Positions 46,674 to 56,313 of a stretch of 64,000 nt of DNA are shown piece after piece. The notes beneath the pieces are model-generated. The model was not told the origin of the DNA. It searched no databases and worked only from the letters and a program-made list of their open reading frames with translations. The stretch comes from Vicinamibacterales bacterium (GTDB taxonomy: Bacteria > Acidobacteriota > Vicinamibacteria > Vicinamibacterales > UBA2999). A program made the translations under genes and the position numbers. Position 1 is the stretch's first letter. Every line of letters begins with the position of its first letter. The stretch lies in contig DASYRM010000113.1 of NCBI GenBank assembly GCA_036004405.1, forward strand, positions 60,111 to 124,110, read 5' to 3'.

Positions 46674-48032
46674 ATGCGGCAGACGATCACGCGCGCCATG
46701 ATTGCGGCGGTCCTGGTGGCGGTGGCCTTTTCGGAAACGGGCCGTGGGCAGGGAGGCATTGCCAGCGCCCCCGCGCGGTTCATCGCACCGGCCACCCAGG
46801 TCATCGCCGTCCGCGCCGGGCGCCTCTACGACAGCCGGAACGGCACGCTCGGCGCCAACCAGACCATCCTGATCCGAGGCGATCGCATCGTGGACGTCGG
46901 GTCGTCGGTCACCGTCCCGGCCGACGCCCGCGTCATCGATCTCGGTGCCGCCACCGTGCTGCCGGGGATGATCGACGCGCACGTGCACGTCTATCCGCCC
47001 GACGAGCTGTCGCAGTCCACGCGGACGATCGTCGCGGTGGCCAACGCGCAGGCCGATCTCGACGCCGGGTTCACCACCGTGCTCGACATGGACTCGCGCG
47101 GCGGCTACGGCACCGTCGATCTCCGCAACGCCATCAACCGCGGCGTGGTCATGGGCCCGCGCTTGCAGGTGGTGGGGCAGTCGCTGAATCAGCGCGCCAC
47201 GACGTCCTATCCGTCGTTCTTCGAGCGCTTCCAGGATCGCTTCACCGAGAGCAAGAACCCCAACTCGCCGTGGCTGGCGCGCGCGGCCGTGCGCGAAGCC
47301 AAGCTGCACGGCGTGGACTGGGTGAAGATCTACACGACGCAGGATTTCGTGGGCGACGAGTACAGCGTCTTCAAGCCCGATGGCACGCTCGTCAACAGCC
47401 CCTCGCTCACGGAGGAAGAGGTGATGGCGGTGGTGGACGAAGCGCATCGCCTTGGCCTCAAGGTGGCGTGCCACACCTACGGCGGCGAAGGGCAGCTCAG
47501 TTGCTTGAAGGCAGGTGTCGACGCACCCAACCATCTCACCGACCTCGACGACGCGTCGCTGAAGCTGCTCGTGGACAAGAAGCTGCCGTTCGAGCTCACG
47601 ATCGACGATCTCGTCGCGCTCGAGCCGGCGGACCTGAAGCGGACCGGCGGCCGCAACAGCCGGCTGAAGATGGCCGAGCAGGCCTTTCGAAAAGCGCGCG
47701 CCGCCGGGGTGACGTTCGTCTTCGGCAGCGGCGCCACGTCCGCCGATGTGCCGCACGGCAAGCAGGCCGATCAGTTCGGGTATTTCGTGAGGTGGGGCCT
47801 GACGACCCGCGAGGCGCTGCAGATGGCGTTCCTGCCCACCGCGACGATGCTGAATTACAACTGGGTGAGCCAGATCGGCAGCGTCGAGAAGGGCAAGTAC
47901 GCCGATCTGATTGCCGTGACCGGCGACCCGCTGGCCGACATCAGCGAAATGCAGCGCGTCCGGTTCGTGATGAAGGGCGGTGTCGTGGCCCGCAACGACC
48001 TGGCATCACCGGCCCGAACGTCCAGCCGCTGA
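46674..48032 (+). CDS. Amidohydrolase family protein (secreted)
   Basis: Start at ATG 46674 with GGAGGG Shine-Dalgarno. Signal peptide. VLPGMIDAHVHV metal-binding HxH motif. Confidence 0.8.
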   Translation: MRQTITRAMIAAVLVAVAFSETGRGQGGIASAPARFIAPATQVIAVRAGRLYDSRNGTLGANQTILIRGDRIVDVGSSVTVPADARVIDLGAATVLPGMIDAHVHVYPPDELSQSTRTIVAVANAQADLDAGFTTVLDMDSRGGYGTVDLRNAINRGVVMGPRLQVVGQSLNQRATTSYPSFFERFQDRFTESKNPNSPWLARAAVREAKLHGVDWVKIYTTQDFVGDEYSVFKPDGTLVNSPSLTEEEVMAVVDEAHRLGLKVACHTYGGEGQLSCLKAGVDAPNHLTDLDDASLKLLVDKKLPFELTIDDLVALEPADLKRTGGRNSRLKMAEQAFRKARAAGVTFVFGSGATSADVPHGKQADQFGYFVRWGLTTREALQMAFLPTATMLNYNWVSQIGSVEKGKYADLIAVTGDPLADISEMQRVRFVMKGGVVARNDLASPARTSSR

Positions 48033-48034
48033 GT

Positions 48035-48056
48035 AGGCGGACCTGAAGGTCCGCCT
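48035..48056. repeat. REP-like hairpin AGGCGGACC-TGAA-GGTCCGCCT after the amidohydrolase gene
   Basis: Perfect 9-bp inverted repeat 2 nt after the stop. Confidence 0.6.
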
Positions 48057-48096
48057 CTACGGTTCCACTGGCTCGATTGCTGCTTCCCCGACTGGC

Positions 48097-49197
48097 ATGG
48101 TCGGGGACCCGCTCGAACCCGCTGCGTCGGCCGCGGCCGCCGGGCTTCGCTATGTCAACGACGGCCGGATGCCGGGGATCCGGCGGCTTGGCACCACGCG
48201 GATGCGCTACGTGGACCCGCACGGGCGTGCGATCACCGGTCGCCAGGTGCTCGATCGCATCAAGGCTTTGGCGGTGCCCCCCGCCTGGACCAGCGTGTGG
48301 ATCTGTCCCGATCCGCTCGGTCACCTGCAGGCCACCGGTCGCGACGCGCGCGGCCGCAAACAGTACCGGTATCACCCGCGGTGGCGAGAGGTGCGCGACG
48401 ACGTCAAGTACGGCCGGCTGCTCGAGTTCGCGGCCGCGCTGCCGGCGCTGCGCGAACATGTGGCTGCCGACGTACGACGGAACGGCCTGCCGCGCGAGAA
48501 GGTGCTCGCCACCGTCGTCGCGCTCCTCGAGAAGACGCTGATCCGCGTCGGCAACGAGGAATACGCCCGCGCCAACCGGTCGTACGGGCTCACCACGATG
48601 CGTAACAGTCACGCGAAAGTGAAGGGCGGTGGCATTCGCTTCGAATTCCGGGGCAAGAGCGGCGTTGCTCACAGCGTCGGCGTGCAGGACGCGCGCCTGG
48701 CGCGGATCGTCAAAGCGTGCCGCGATCTGCCCGGTTACGAGCTGTTTCAGTACGTGGACGAGCAGGGAGAGCGGTGTGCCGTCGACTCGGCCGACGTCAA
48801 CGACTACCTGCGCCAGGTGTGCGGCGAGGAGTTCACGGCGAAAGACTTCCGGACCTGGGCCGGCACGGTGCTGGTGGCCCGGGCGTTGGCGGACGCCGAG
48901 CCTGCAGCCACTGCGGCCGCAGGCAAGCGGACGATCGTGCGGGCCATCGAGACCGCCGCGCAGCGGCTGGGAAACACCGTGGCAGTGTGCCGCAAGTCCT
49001 ATGTGCATCCGGCGATCGTCGAGGGGTTTCTCGAAGGCGACGTGATCGCGCCGGCGTCCGCCTTCGCCAAGGTTACGGCGGGCAAGCGCCGCTCGCCGTC
49101 GAGAGGCCACCGCCTGACGGGCGACGAGGCGGCGGTGGCCCGGTTGATCGAACGGCGCACGCGAGCGAACCGCAGGGCGGCCAAAAAGGCGGCGTAA
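48097..49197 (+). CDS. DNA topoisomerase IB (poxvirus-type bacterial TopIB)
   Basis: 366 aa. Strong similarity to the bacterial TopIB family (YVNDGRMPGIRR..., RKQYRYHP, GLTTMRN, catalytic Tyr region near the C-terminus). Confidence 0.85.
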   Translation: MVGDPLEPAASAAAAGLRYVNDGRMPGIRRLGTTRMRYVDPHGRAITGRQVLDRIKALAVPPAWTSVWICPDPLGHLQATGRDARGRKQYRYHPRWREVRDDVKYGRLLEFAAALPALREHVAADVRRNGLPREKVLATVVALLEKTLIRVGNEEYARANRSYGLTTMRNSHAKVKGGGIRFEFRGKSGVAHSVGVQDARLARIVKACRDLPGYELFQYVDEQGERCAVDSADVNDYLRQVCGEEFTAKDFRTWAGTVLVARALADAEPAATAAAGKRTIVRAIETAAQRLGNTVAVCRKSYVHPAIVEGFLEGDVIAPASAFAKVTAGKRRSPSRGHRLTGDEAAVARLIERRTRANRRAAKKAA

Positions 49198-49228
49198 CCG
49201 CGGGCCCGGCGCGCATACAATCCGCCGC

Positions 49229-50983
49229 ATGAACGGACCGCAGAAGCCGGCTCACATCCGCGAGTTCACCCTGCGATCGGTCGCGGTGGGGCTCGTGGTC
49301 GCGCTCATCATGGGCGCGTCCTACCCCTACATGGTGCTGAAATTCGGCTTCGGCCCGAACGTGTCGGTCGTCTCCGCCTTCTTCGGCTTCGTGGCGCTGG
49401 GCCTCTTCTCGAAGAGCTACAACCGCTGGGAGAACAACATCGTCCAGACGGCCGGCACGTCGGCGGCGCAGGTGGCGTTCCTGTGCTGGCTGCTGGCCGC
49501 CTTCGACCTGCTGGCGATGGAGCCGGGCAGCGGCTTCGACATCCATCTCACGACCTTTCAAACCTTCGCATGGCTGTCGGCGTCGGGGCTGCTCGGCGTG
49601 TTCCTGGCGGTGCCGCTGCGCAAGCACTTCATCGACGACGAGAATCTGCCGTTCCCCGACGGCATTGCCGCCGGCGAGACGCTGATGCTGCTCGACGCCA
49701 AGGGACCACAGGCGCGCCGATCGGCGTTTGCGATGATCGGCGCCCTTGTGGCGTCCGGTCTGGTGTTCCTTGCCACCGTGTTGCAGTGGGTCCGCGATGC
49801 GATTCCGCTCATCGTCAACGACTTCTCCGCGCGCGTCGGCCTCGGGTTCGGCGTGTCGCTGCTCAGCATCGGCTCCGGCATCATCATCGGCCTGCGCATC
49901 AGCGCCAGCATGCTGATCGGCGGCATCCTGGCCTGGGTGCTGATGCCGCCGTGGCTGGTCGACCGCGGGCTGCTGGCAGCCGATGGGCGCCGCGTGGACA
50001 TCCTGCTGCTCGTGATGTGGCCGTCGGTGGGACTCCTGGTGGCGGGCGGACTGTGCGCGCTGCTCCTGCGCTGGCGGGTGCTGATGGCGACGTTCCGATC
50101 GCTTTCGGCCGCCGATGTGACCTCCGGCGATCTGCCGCTGCGCTGGGTCCTCCTCGGCGGCGGGGCCTCCACGCTGCTGCTCATCGTCGTCCAGTCGCTT
50201 TTCTTCGGGACGCCTGTCTGGCATTCCGTGCTCGCCATCCTGCTGGCGCTGCCGCTCGGCCTCGTCGCCTTGCGTGTCCTCGGCGAGACCAACTGGGGCC
50301 CGATCAGCACCATGACCAACGTGATGCAGGCGATGTTTGCCGGCATCGCGCCCGGCGATCTGCGCGCCAACATGGTGTCGAGCGGCATCACGGGTGCGGT
50401 GGCGGCGGAATCCGAAGGGCTGATGCAGGACTTCCGCGCCGGCCAGATGATCGGCTCCACGCCGCGCATCCTGACCTACATGCAGCTCATCGCCGTGCCG
50501 GTGGGCGCGCTGGCGCTCGCCTACATGTATCCGCTGCTGCGCGACACCTACGGCATCTCCGGCGAGCACGCGCAGCTGCTCAGCCCGACCTCGCAGCGCT
50601 GGGTGGGATTCGCCAAGCTCGTGACACAGGATCTCTCGGGCGACAACCTGACGCCCGCCGCCGCGGCGCGCCTCGCGTGGATGCAGACGTCTACGGCGGT
50701 CGGGGCGGTCATCGGGATCATCCTCACGCTGCTCGAGCAGAAGAAGTCGTGGCGCCCGTTCATCCCGTCGCCCGCCGGTGTCGGCATCGCGATGCTGATT
50801 CCGGTCAACGCTGTCACCGTGATCTTCATCGGCGCCGTGGTCGATCAGATCTGGATGCGCGTGTCGCCGGCGACGCAGAAGCACTACGCCATCGCCAGCG
50901 CGTCCGGGTTGATTGCCGGCGAGGCGCTGGTGGCCGTGCTGGTTCCACTGCTGGTGACGGTCGGTCTGATGTCGCTGCCGTAG
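49229..50983 (+). CDS. OPT family oligopeptide transporter
   Basis: 584 aa, about 14-16 TM. N-terminal REFTLRSVAVGLVVALIMGASYPYM typical of the OPT superfamily. Confidence 0.8.
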   Translation: MNGPQKPAHIREFTLRSVAVGLVVALIMGASYPYMVLKFGFGPNVSVVSAFFGFVALGLFSKSYNRWENNIVQTAGTSAAQVAFLCWLLAAFDLLAMEPGSGFDIHLTTFQTFAWLSASGLLGVFLAVPLRKHFIDDENLPFPDGIAAGETLMLLDAKGPQARRSAFAMIGALVASGLVFLATVLQWVRDAIPLIVNDFSARVGLGFGVSLLSIGSGIIIGLRISASMLIGGILAWVLMPPWLVDRGLLAADGRRVDILLLVMWPSVGLLVAGGLCALLLRWRVLMATFRSLSAADVTSGDLPLRWVLLGGGASTLLLIVVQSLFFGTPVWHSVLAILLALPLGLVALRVLGETNWGPISTMTNVMQAMFAGIAPGDLRANMVSSGITGAVAAESEGLMQDFRAGQMIGSTPRILTYMQLIAVPVGALALAYMYPLLRDTYGISGEHAQLLSPTSQRWVGFAKLVTQDLSGDNLTPAAAARLAWMQTSTAVGAVIGIILTLLEQKKSWRPFIPSPAGVGIAMLIPVNAVTVIFIGAVVDQIWMRVSPATQKHYAIASASGLIAGEALVAVLVPLLVTVGLMSLP

Positions 50984-50992
50984 CGGCTGGCA

Positions 50993-52369
50993 CTACATCG
51001 CCCGGCGGCGATAGGTGAACGACAAGCCGACTCCGGCGCGGACGTCGAAGCTGGTGGGGCGTCCTCCACTCAGATCGACCCCCCGCGCAAAACGAAGCGG
51101 AAGCACGAGCGCCAGGTCACGAGTCACCGGCGCGACGACGTCGGCACCGAACGTCGGCAGGAATCCCTCCTCGCGGGCCGTGAACGTTCCATACCCGGGC
51201 AATTCGTAACGGAAGCTGTTCATGACGTAGGTGAGCCCGCCCAGCACCGTGACGTTGAACCGGCCAGCTGGCCCCGTCCGGTACCCGCCGAGAAACGTGA
51301 CGTGCGTACTGCGGCTGCGCAGCGAGTACAGACCGAGATTGGCAACGGCATCGCGGCCGACCTCCGCTACGGCTCGCACGCTGCCGATCGAGAAGCCCGC
51401 GCCGGCCATGAGTCCGAGGCCTGTCGGTGGCGACGCGCAGGATGGATTGCCCCTGCAGATCTCGTAGTCGGTCGGGACACGATCGGCCAGGACACTGCCG
51501 ACCGCGTCCAGCGAGAGCACGGTCGTGCGCCGGTACATGGCGGCGATGTCGGCGTCGCGCACCAGGGCGAACGGCGTGCCCTCGAACCGTGCGATGGACG
51601 CGCTGCTTTGCAGCTGCGCCGCCGACAGGTCCTGCAGGTTGCCGTCCTTGATCCCTGCCATGATGGCCCGGGCATAGCCGTCGGCCGCGATCACCTCGGC
51701 CCGACTGGCAGTAGCGCCGCTCCCGTCCATGAGCAGGTCGAATTCGACTTCCGCGACCGTGGCGGTCCATTGCGCGACGGAAACAGGCCGGACGTTCCGG
51801 TCGCTGAAGGGTGCCGCCAGCGACGGATAGGTGGCCGCGAAGAGGACATGCTCGTCGCGGAAGTACACCAGCGTCTGAGCGACGCCCGCCGCCGGCCCAG
51901 GGTAGATCAGGTCGATCGGCGTGCTGCCACTACGGAGCGTCCGGCGCGTCGCAAACGTCGATTCCGCGGACCTCACGCCCTCACTCAGTTCCGGCGAACG
52001 TTCGCGCGCCGTACGGGATACCTGGTTGAACTGTTCCTGCGCGATCGTCTCGGCGGTGGCGTCAAATAGGCCAGCGCCGCCAACCCGCTCCAGATCCAGT
52101 CCGCTGTAGATGACGTACTTCACCCCACGATCGGGAAAGCGCTCGGCGAACTGCTGCTGCAGATAGCGCGCGAAGGAGAGGCTCATCGGATCAACCAGCA
52201 CGATCCCGTCCGGGTCGACCCGGAACACCGTGACGCGCGGCCCCTCCTGCGCGCGATAGAGATGTCCCCGCAGAAGCGTGATGGTGCGCACCGGGTCTGC
52301 CGGCTGGGCGACGGCCGTCGAACAGACGGCGAGAACACAGACGAGGCACAACCCGGCACGATTCGTCAC
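50993..52369 (-). CDS. Secreted hypothetical protein (possible C-terminal beta-barrel)
   Basis: GTG start at 52369 with AAGGAGAG Shine-Dalgarno. Signal peptide. The ORF 5' extension to 52498 is likely artefact. Confidence 0.5.
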   Translation of the reverse strand: MTNRAGLCLVCVLAVCSTAVAQPADPVRTITLLRGHLYRAQEGPRVTVFRVDPDGIVLVDPMSLSFARYLQQQFAERFPDRGVKYVIYSGLDLERVGGAGLFDATAETIAQEQFNQVSRTARERSPELSEGVRSAESTFATRRTLRSGSTPIDLIYPGPAAGVAQTLVYFRDEHVLFAATYPSLAAPFSDRNVRPVSVAQWTATVAEVEFDLLMDGSGATASRAEVIAADGYARAIMAGIKDGNLQDLSAAQLQSSASIARFEGTPFALVRDADIAAMYRRTTVLSLDAVGSVLADRVPTDYEICRGNPSCASPPTGLGLMAGAGFSIGSVRAVAEVGRDAVANLGLYSLRSRSTHVTFLGGYRTGPAGRFNVTVLGGLTYVMNSFRYELPGYGTFTAREEGFLPTFGADVVAPVTRDLALVLPLRFARGVDLSGGRPTSFDVRAGVGLSFTYRRRAM

Positions 52370-52781
52370 GCGCTCTCCTTGGGAGTGGCCGCCAGAGGGT
52401 CCGGCGGCTCTCGATGAGCAAACGATAGCAGGAGCCGATCCGGTCGCGAAAGCCTCGTCCCCGCTCGGCGAGTTCGAACAGATCGTTCTGCTCGCCATTC
52501 TCCGTCTCGGCGATCAGGCCTACGGCCCGAGGATACGCAACGAGATTGCCGCGTGCACCGACCGGTCGCTGGCGCCGGGCGCGGTGTATACGACACTCGA
52601 TCGCCTCGAGGAGAAAGGGTTGTTGACGTCGTTCTACGGGGATCCGACGCCGCAGCGCGCCGGACGACCGACGCGGTACTTCACGGTGACCGCGCAGGGG
52701 GTTCGAGACGTGGCACGGGCGCAGCGAGCGTTTCAGCGCCTCATGAAGGGCCTGGTGTTGCCGGGGGCATCACGTGCGTAA
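52278..52781 (+). CDS. PadR family transcriptional regulator
   Basis: Winged-helix PadR core (SPLGEFEQIVLLAILRLGDQAYGPRIRNEI...YTTLDRLEEKGLL). Start uncertain: no canonical start codon right before the core, and the called ATG at 52278 overlaps the divergent gene's 5' end. Confidence 0.7.
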   Translation: MMVRTGSAGWATAVEQTARTQTRHNPARFVTRSPWEWPPEGPAALDEQTIAGADPVAKASSPLGEFEQIVLLAILRLGDQAYGPRIRNEIAACTDRSLAPGAVYTTLDRLEEKGLLTSFYGDPTPQRAGRPTRYFTVTAQGVRDVARAQRAFQRLMKGLVLPGASRA

Positions 52782-53164
52782 GGACCGGGCAGCCCACGTG
52801 CTCCTGTCGCTGCTGTTGCCGAGAGAGCGCGCGTCGGCGATTGTCGGCGATCTGCTCGAGGAGACATCCGCCCGCCGCCTGCGCTTCTGTCGTGCGCACC
52901 GCCGCCGCGTCGTTGGGGCACGGGCCGATGACGGCGCCCCTCTCGATGTATGCAGGAGCGGGGCTTGGATGGTTCGTCGTCGCGGGAATCGTCATCGCGC
53001 TCGTGTGGCAGGTGACGGCGATCGTCGTCCCCTTCGCGGCGTTCTTCACGCGCGCCACGTTCACGCTGATGCCGGCGATCGGTGCCAGTGTGCTGGCCGA
53101 TGCGGTGTGGGCACGCATCGGTTCACTTCGGCACGCACGGATCGATGGCCGCTGGCCAGACTAG
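52774..53164 (+). pseudogene. Possible frameshifted PadR-associated membrane partner (HAAS-like N-terminus plus 2-TM C-terminus in different frames)
   Basis: Frame 1 starts MRKDRAAHVLLSLLLPRERASAIVGDLLEE (resembles HAAS/permease-prefix openings), then degenerates. Frame 2 from about 52921 encodes MTAPLSMYAGAGLGWFVVAGIVIALVWQVTAIVVPFAAFF.... A single indel could join them. Confidence 0.3.
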
Positions 53165-54009
53165 TGCCGAAACTGCGTGGAGACCTCTTTCAGCTCGCTC
53201 TCCGTGCAGCTGCCGCGCTCGCCGATGATCGCCGGGTTCCGTGAGAGCCGCAGGGTGCGTGCCGGCATGACCCACGGCTTGACCAGTACTTCCGGGTCCT
53301 CGACGGTGACCTCGTAGAGCAGCTCGTTCCCTTTCCGCGTGAACTTCTCGATGACCCGCATCTGGTCGGTGTGAAACCAGCCGCCGCGGCCCAGCCACGT
53401 CTCGTCGCTGAAGCCGATCGAGTCGAGGACGAGCGTGTCGCCTTCCCACCGGCCGACCGTGTATCCCATGTAGGTGTACTCGGCCGCCTTCCGCGGATCG
53501 TGCGGCTTGCCGTCGAGCGCGATCATGCGGTGCTCCGCGTATCCCCCGGCGCCGTCGACACCGGCTCTGTAGAGCATCGTGATGTCGGTGTCGGTGTGGA
53601 AGATGCGCGCCGGCGGTCCCTGACGGGGTGTGCCGAGCGGGAGGCAGGTCATGACCGGGTCGTACTTGTTCGTCCACTGGTCGAGCTCGATGATCTTGTC
53701 CCAGTGTTCGGGCTTGTAGAGCGGCTGACGCTCGTCGAGCCGGGTGGCCGACATGAACGGCCAGTCCTCGCTCTGATTCGTCCACTCCATGCACTCCTTC
53801 GTTTGGAACGGAGTGCAGCGCCGGAACATGTTGCCGCCGGAGCCTTGGAGACCGCCGCCGGCGTTCTGCCAGGAGCCGGTCAGGTCGGGCTTCCCGCTGG
53901 CCAGCCTGGGCGTTGGCGCGTTCGGATCCGCCGGTGGAGGAGGGCCGAACTGCGCGGCCACTGGCGTCGCGAGGACGCCGAGAACGAGTGCCATCAGGGT
54001 CGCCTTCAT
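53161..54009 (-). CDS. Secreted protein, paralog family member 3
   Basis: 282 aa after trimming (start MKATLMALVLGVLATPVAA|QF). GKPDLTGSW, CLPLGTP, YTVGRWEGDTLVLDSIGF, EKFTRKG, EDPEVLVKPW motifs. Confidence 0.7.
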   Translation of the reverse strand: MKATLMALVLGVLATPVAAQFGPPPPADPNAPTPRLASGKPDLTGSWQNAGGGLQGSGGNMFRRCTPFQTKECMEWTNQSEDWPFMSATRLDERQPLYKPEHWDKIIELDQWTNKYDPVMTCLPLGTPRQGPPARIFHTDTDITMLYRAGVDGAGGYAEHRMIALDGKPHDPRKAAEYTYMGYTVGRWEGDTLVLDSIGFSDETWLGRGGWFHTDQMRVIEKFTRKGNELLYEVTVEDPEVLVKPWVMPARTLRLSRNPAIIGERGSCTESELKEVSTQFRH

Positions 54010-54017
54010 CGCAATCC

Positions 54018-55004
54018 TCACTTTCCGGCAGCTTTCCGCACGCTGTCCGGCACCGGCATGACCACGTAGACCTGACCGATCTCGGTGACTTTCGATTTCA
54101 GGTCGCGCACGACAGTCCCGTTTCGGCGCTCGACGATGGTGCCGGCATACAGCGCCTCGATCTTGAACAGCGGATTGTTGAAGTCCGCGAAGTTGCCGTA
54201 GACGAATTCGGTCTTGTTCGTCCCGTGCGTCACGACGACGCGTTCCGGCAGGTAGTTGTCGAGCGTAGCGGTCGCCATCGCTCCGGCCACTCCAGGTATC
54301 GGGAATGTGAGGATCGCTTTCTCGCCCTGCCATGTCAGCGTCGTCGTCGCTTTCGCGCCCGCGGCGGCCTGGCGATCGAGCAGCACCGCCGGGTTCTGAC
54401 CGAAAGACTGCGAAGGCGGCACGCCGGCGGCGCCGGCGATGGCGGCCTTCACCGCGCCGTGAGGACTTGCCCAGAGACGGATCAGCCGTTCCTCGAGCGC
54501 GGCCTGCTTCGGCGTGGCCTTCCCTTTGCCGGGAACGAGCTCTGCGCCGGGAATATCTTCGTCCCAGGCAAAGTCGCCGCTCACCGTTTCCACGTTCGAG
54601 TACTTCTGGCCATTGGCGCGGGTGCACTCGATCTGCGCGCGGTACCCGGGGACCTGGTAGTTCGCCTGCACTCGATACTTCGTCAGCGTGCAGGGCTGGC
54701 CATCAACCTGGATCGTGCCGCTCTCGGCGTGATAGTCGAGCGTCTTGATCAGCTCGGACTCGGCGCCGCTGCGCAGCATCCCCATGCGCCATGTCCAGTT
54801 GAAAAGGACCGATTTCAGATCCTTGGCCCCGGGAGTCGGCGTGAACGGGCCCGCATCGAATGCGCCCCGACCTCGGCCCGGCGCCCCGGCGCCGCCCCGG
54901 CCTTGCGCCCCCGCCGGTGGACCACCCTGTGCGCCCGCCGGCGCGTACGCCGTCGCGAAGGCGGCCACAAACACGGCCGCCGCTACAGCGGTTCGAAACG
55001 CCAT
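54018..55004 (-). CDS. Secreted hypothetical protein (Gly-rich N-terminal linker)
   Basis: 328 aa. Signal peptide. Co-directional, 9-nt gap to paralog 3 and 23-nt gap from the upstream small HH protein. Confidence 0.5.
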   Translation of the reverse strand: MAFRTAVAAAVFVAAFATAYAPAGAQGGPPAGAQGRGGAGAPGRGRGAFDAGPFTPTPGAKDLKSVLFNWTWRMGMLRSGAESELIKTLDYHAESGTIQVDGQPCTLTKYRVQANYQVPGYRAQIECTRANGQKYSNVETVSGDFAWDEDIPGAELVPGKGKATPKQAALEERLIRLWASPHGAVKAAIAGAAGVPPSQSFGQNPAVLLDRQAAAGAKATTTLTWQGEKAILTFPIPGVAGAMATATLDNYLPERVVVTHGTNKTEFVYGNFADFNNPLFKIEALYAGTIVERRNGTVVRDLKSKVTEIGQVYVVMPVPDSVRKAAGK

Positions 55005-55026
55005 TTTGCGAGTCCCTTCGCGTCAG

Positions 55027-55425
55027 CTAATCAACCGAGATCTTGAACTCTTTGTCGCCCTGCTCGATCGACCGGATGAATCCGGCAGGGTTCCCGTTCT
55101 TGGCGGGAAGGATCTTGATCTTGAGCGGCTCGCCGGGCTTCATCGAGGTCTTGTTGATCCCCTGCCGCGTCAGGTTCTGTACGGAGGCCGTCGTCAGGAT
55201 CCAGTCCGTCGTCGTCCCATCCGGGTTCGGGACCGTGAGCTCGATGCTCACGTGCGGGTTTGTGAAGTGCAGCTGCTTGAGCGTGCCCTGCAGGACCATC
55301 TCTTTGTTCAGGTCGTAGACACCCGCCACGGCATGATGGGCCTGGACCCCGACGCCGGTCATGAGGACCCCGCACAAGACGACGAGTCGAAGGATTCGTG
55401 TGCTCATGACGGCGAATCGTAGCAA
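55027..55425 (-). CDS. Small secreted protein whose predicted mature N-terminus is His-His (DUF6152-like). Candidate metal (Cu) binding
   Basis: 132 aa. Signal peptide ...VGVQA|HHAVAGVYD. Homologous to the N-terminal 130 aa of the 56313..57461 protein (TYA|HHGAGRYD..., shared L.G.L..L.F.NPH). DUF6152 label tentative. Confidence 0.55.
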   Translation of the reverse strand: MLRFAVMSTRILRLVVLCGVLMTGVGVQAHHAVAGVYDLNKEMVLQGTLKQLHFTNPHVSIELTVPNPDGTTTDWILTTASVQNLTRQGINKTSMKPGEPLKIKILPAKNGNPAGFIRSIEQGDKEFKISVD

Positions 55426-55479
55426 TACACACCCCGAGCCGCAAGGATCGAGGCTCTTTGGCCGTTATACGATGTTGAT

Positions 55480-56313
55480 ATGCGGCGGACCCGGGCCTCG
55501 GGTCGACGGATGCGGTTCGCACAGGCCTTGGCGCTGGCGCTGGGACTGGCCGCCATACGTGGCGAGGCTCAGCGGCCCAACATCCTCACCAACGGCCGGA
55601 ACCTCCAGATTCCAATCAACCACGGACTCCCCGACACGCCGCTCGACTTCACGTTCTGCCGCCTGCGGTACGAGAACATACGCAGGGCGAGAAAGTCCGG
55701 TTGGGGCGACGACTATCCGCAAGCCGACTACAACTTCATGGTGCGTCTCTCCGAGCTCACCAAGACGAAAATCAGCCGGTGGAAGGATGGCGACCCCGGC
55801 TTTGCGAACGTCACCGCCATGGACCCCGATCTCTTCCAGTGTCCGTACTTGCGCATGCAGAATGCGGCCAACTACGACTTCACCCCTGAAGAGACCGTTC
55901 GCATGCACGACTACCTGCTGAAGGGCGGCTTTCTCTGGATCGACGACAACTGGGATCCGGACTTCGACTACATCCGTCCGAATCTCATGCGAATCCTGCC
56001 TGGGGCACACATCGTCGACTTGCCGGTCGACCACCCGCTGTTCGCCACGTTCTATCGTGTCGACCCGCTGCCGCAGATCCCGTCGCTCAACTCGTGGCTG
56101 CGTGGTCGTCAGGATGGTGAGTTTGGGCCTTCAACCGTCCACTACTACGGCGTGTTCGACGACCATGAGAGGCTCGTCGTGCTCGTCAGCATGAACTCGG
56201 ACGTTTCGGACAGCTGGGAGCGGGAAGGCGACAACCAGGATTACTTTCACACCTACGGAGGAAAGGGCTATGCGCTGGGTGTGAACGCCGCCGTCTACGC
56301 CATGACCCACTAG
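55480..56313 (+). CDS. Secreted hypothetical protein (possibly DUF4159-like)
   Basis: 277 aa. Signal peptide. GWGDDYPQADYNF...GGFLWIDDNWDPDFD.... Family label from memory, uncertain. Confidence 0.45.
   Translation: MRRTRASGRRMRFAQALALALGLAAIRGEAQRPNILTNGRNLQIPINHGLPDTPLDFTFCRLRYENIRRARKSGWGDDYPQADYNFMVRLSELTKTKISRWKDGDPGFANVTAMDPDLFQCPYLRMQNAANYDFTPEETVRMHDYLLKGGFLWIDDNWDPDFDYIRPNLMRILPGAHIVDLPVDHPLFATFYRVDPLPQIPSLNSWLRGRQDGEFGPSTVHYYGVFDDHERLVVLVSMNSDVSDSWEREGDNQDYFHTYGGKGYALGVNAAVYAMTH

Noticed and set aside
53161-54627. 488-aa ORF containing paralog 3
   Set aside because: First 206 residues are Arg-rich artefact. The natural start with a signal peptide is at 54009.
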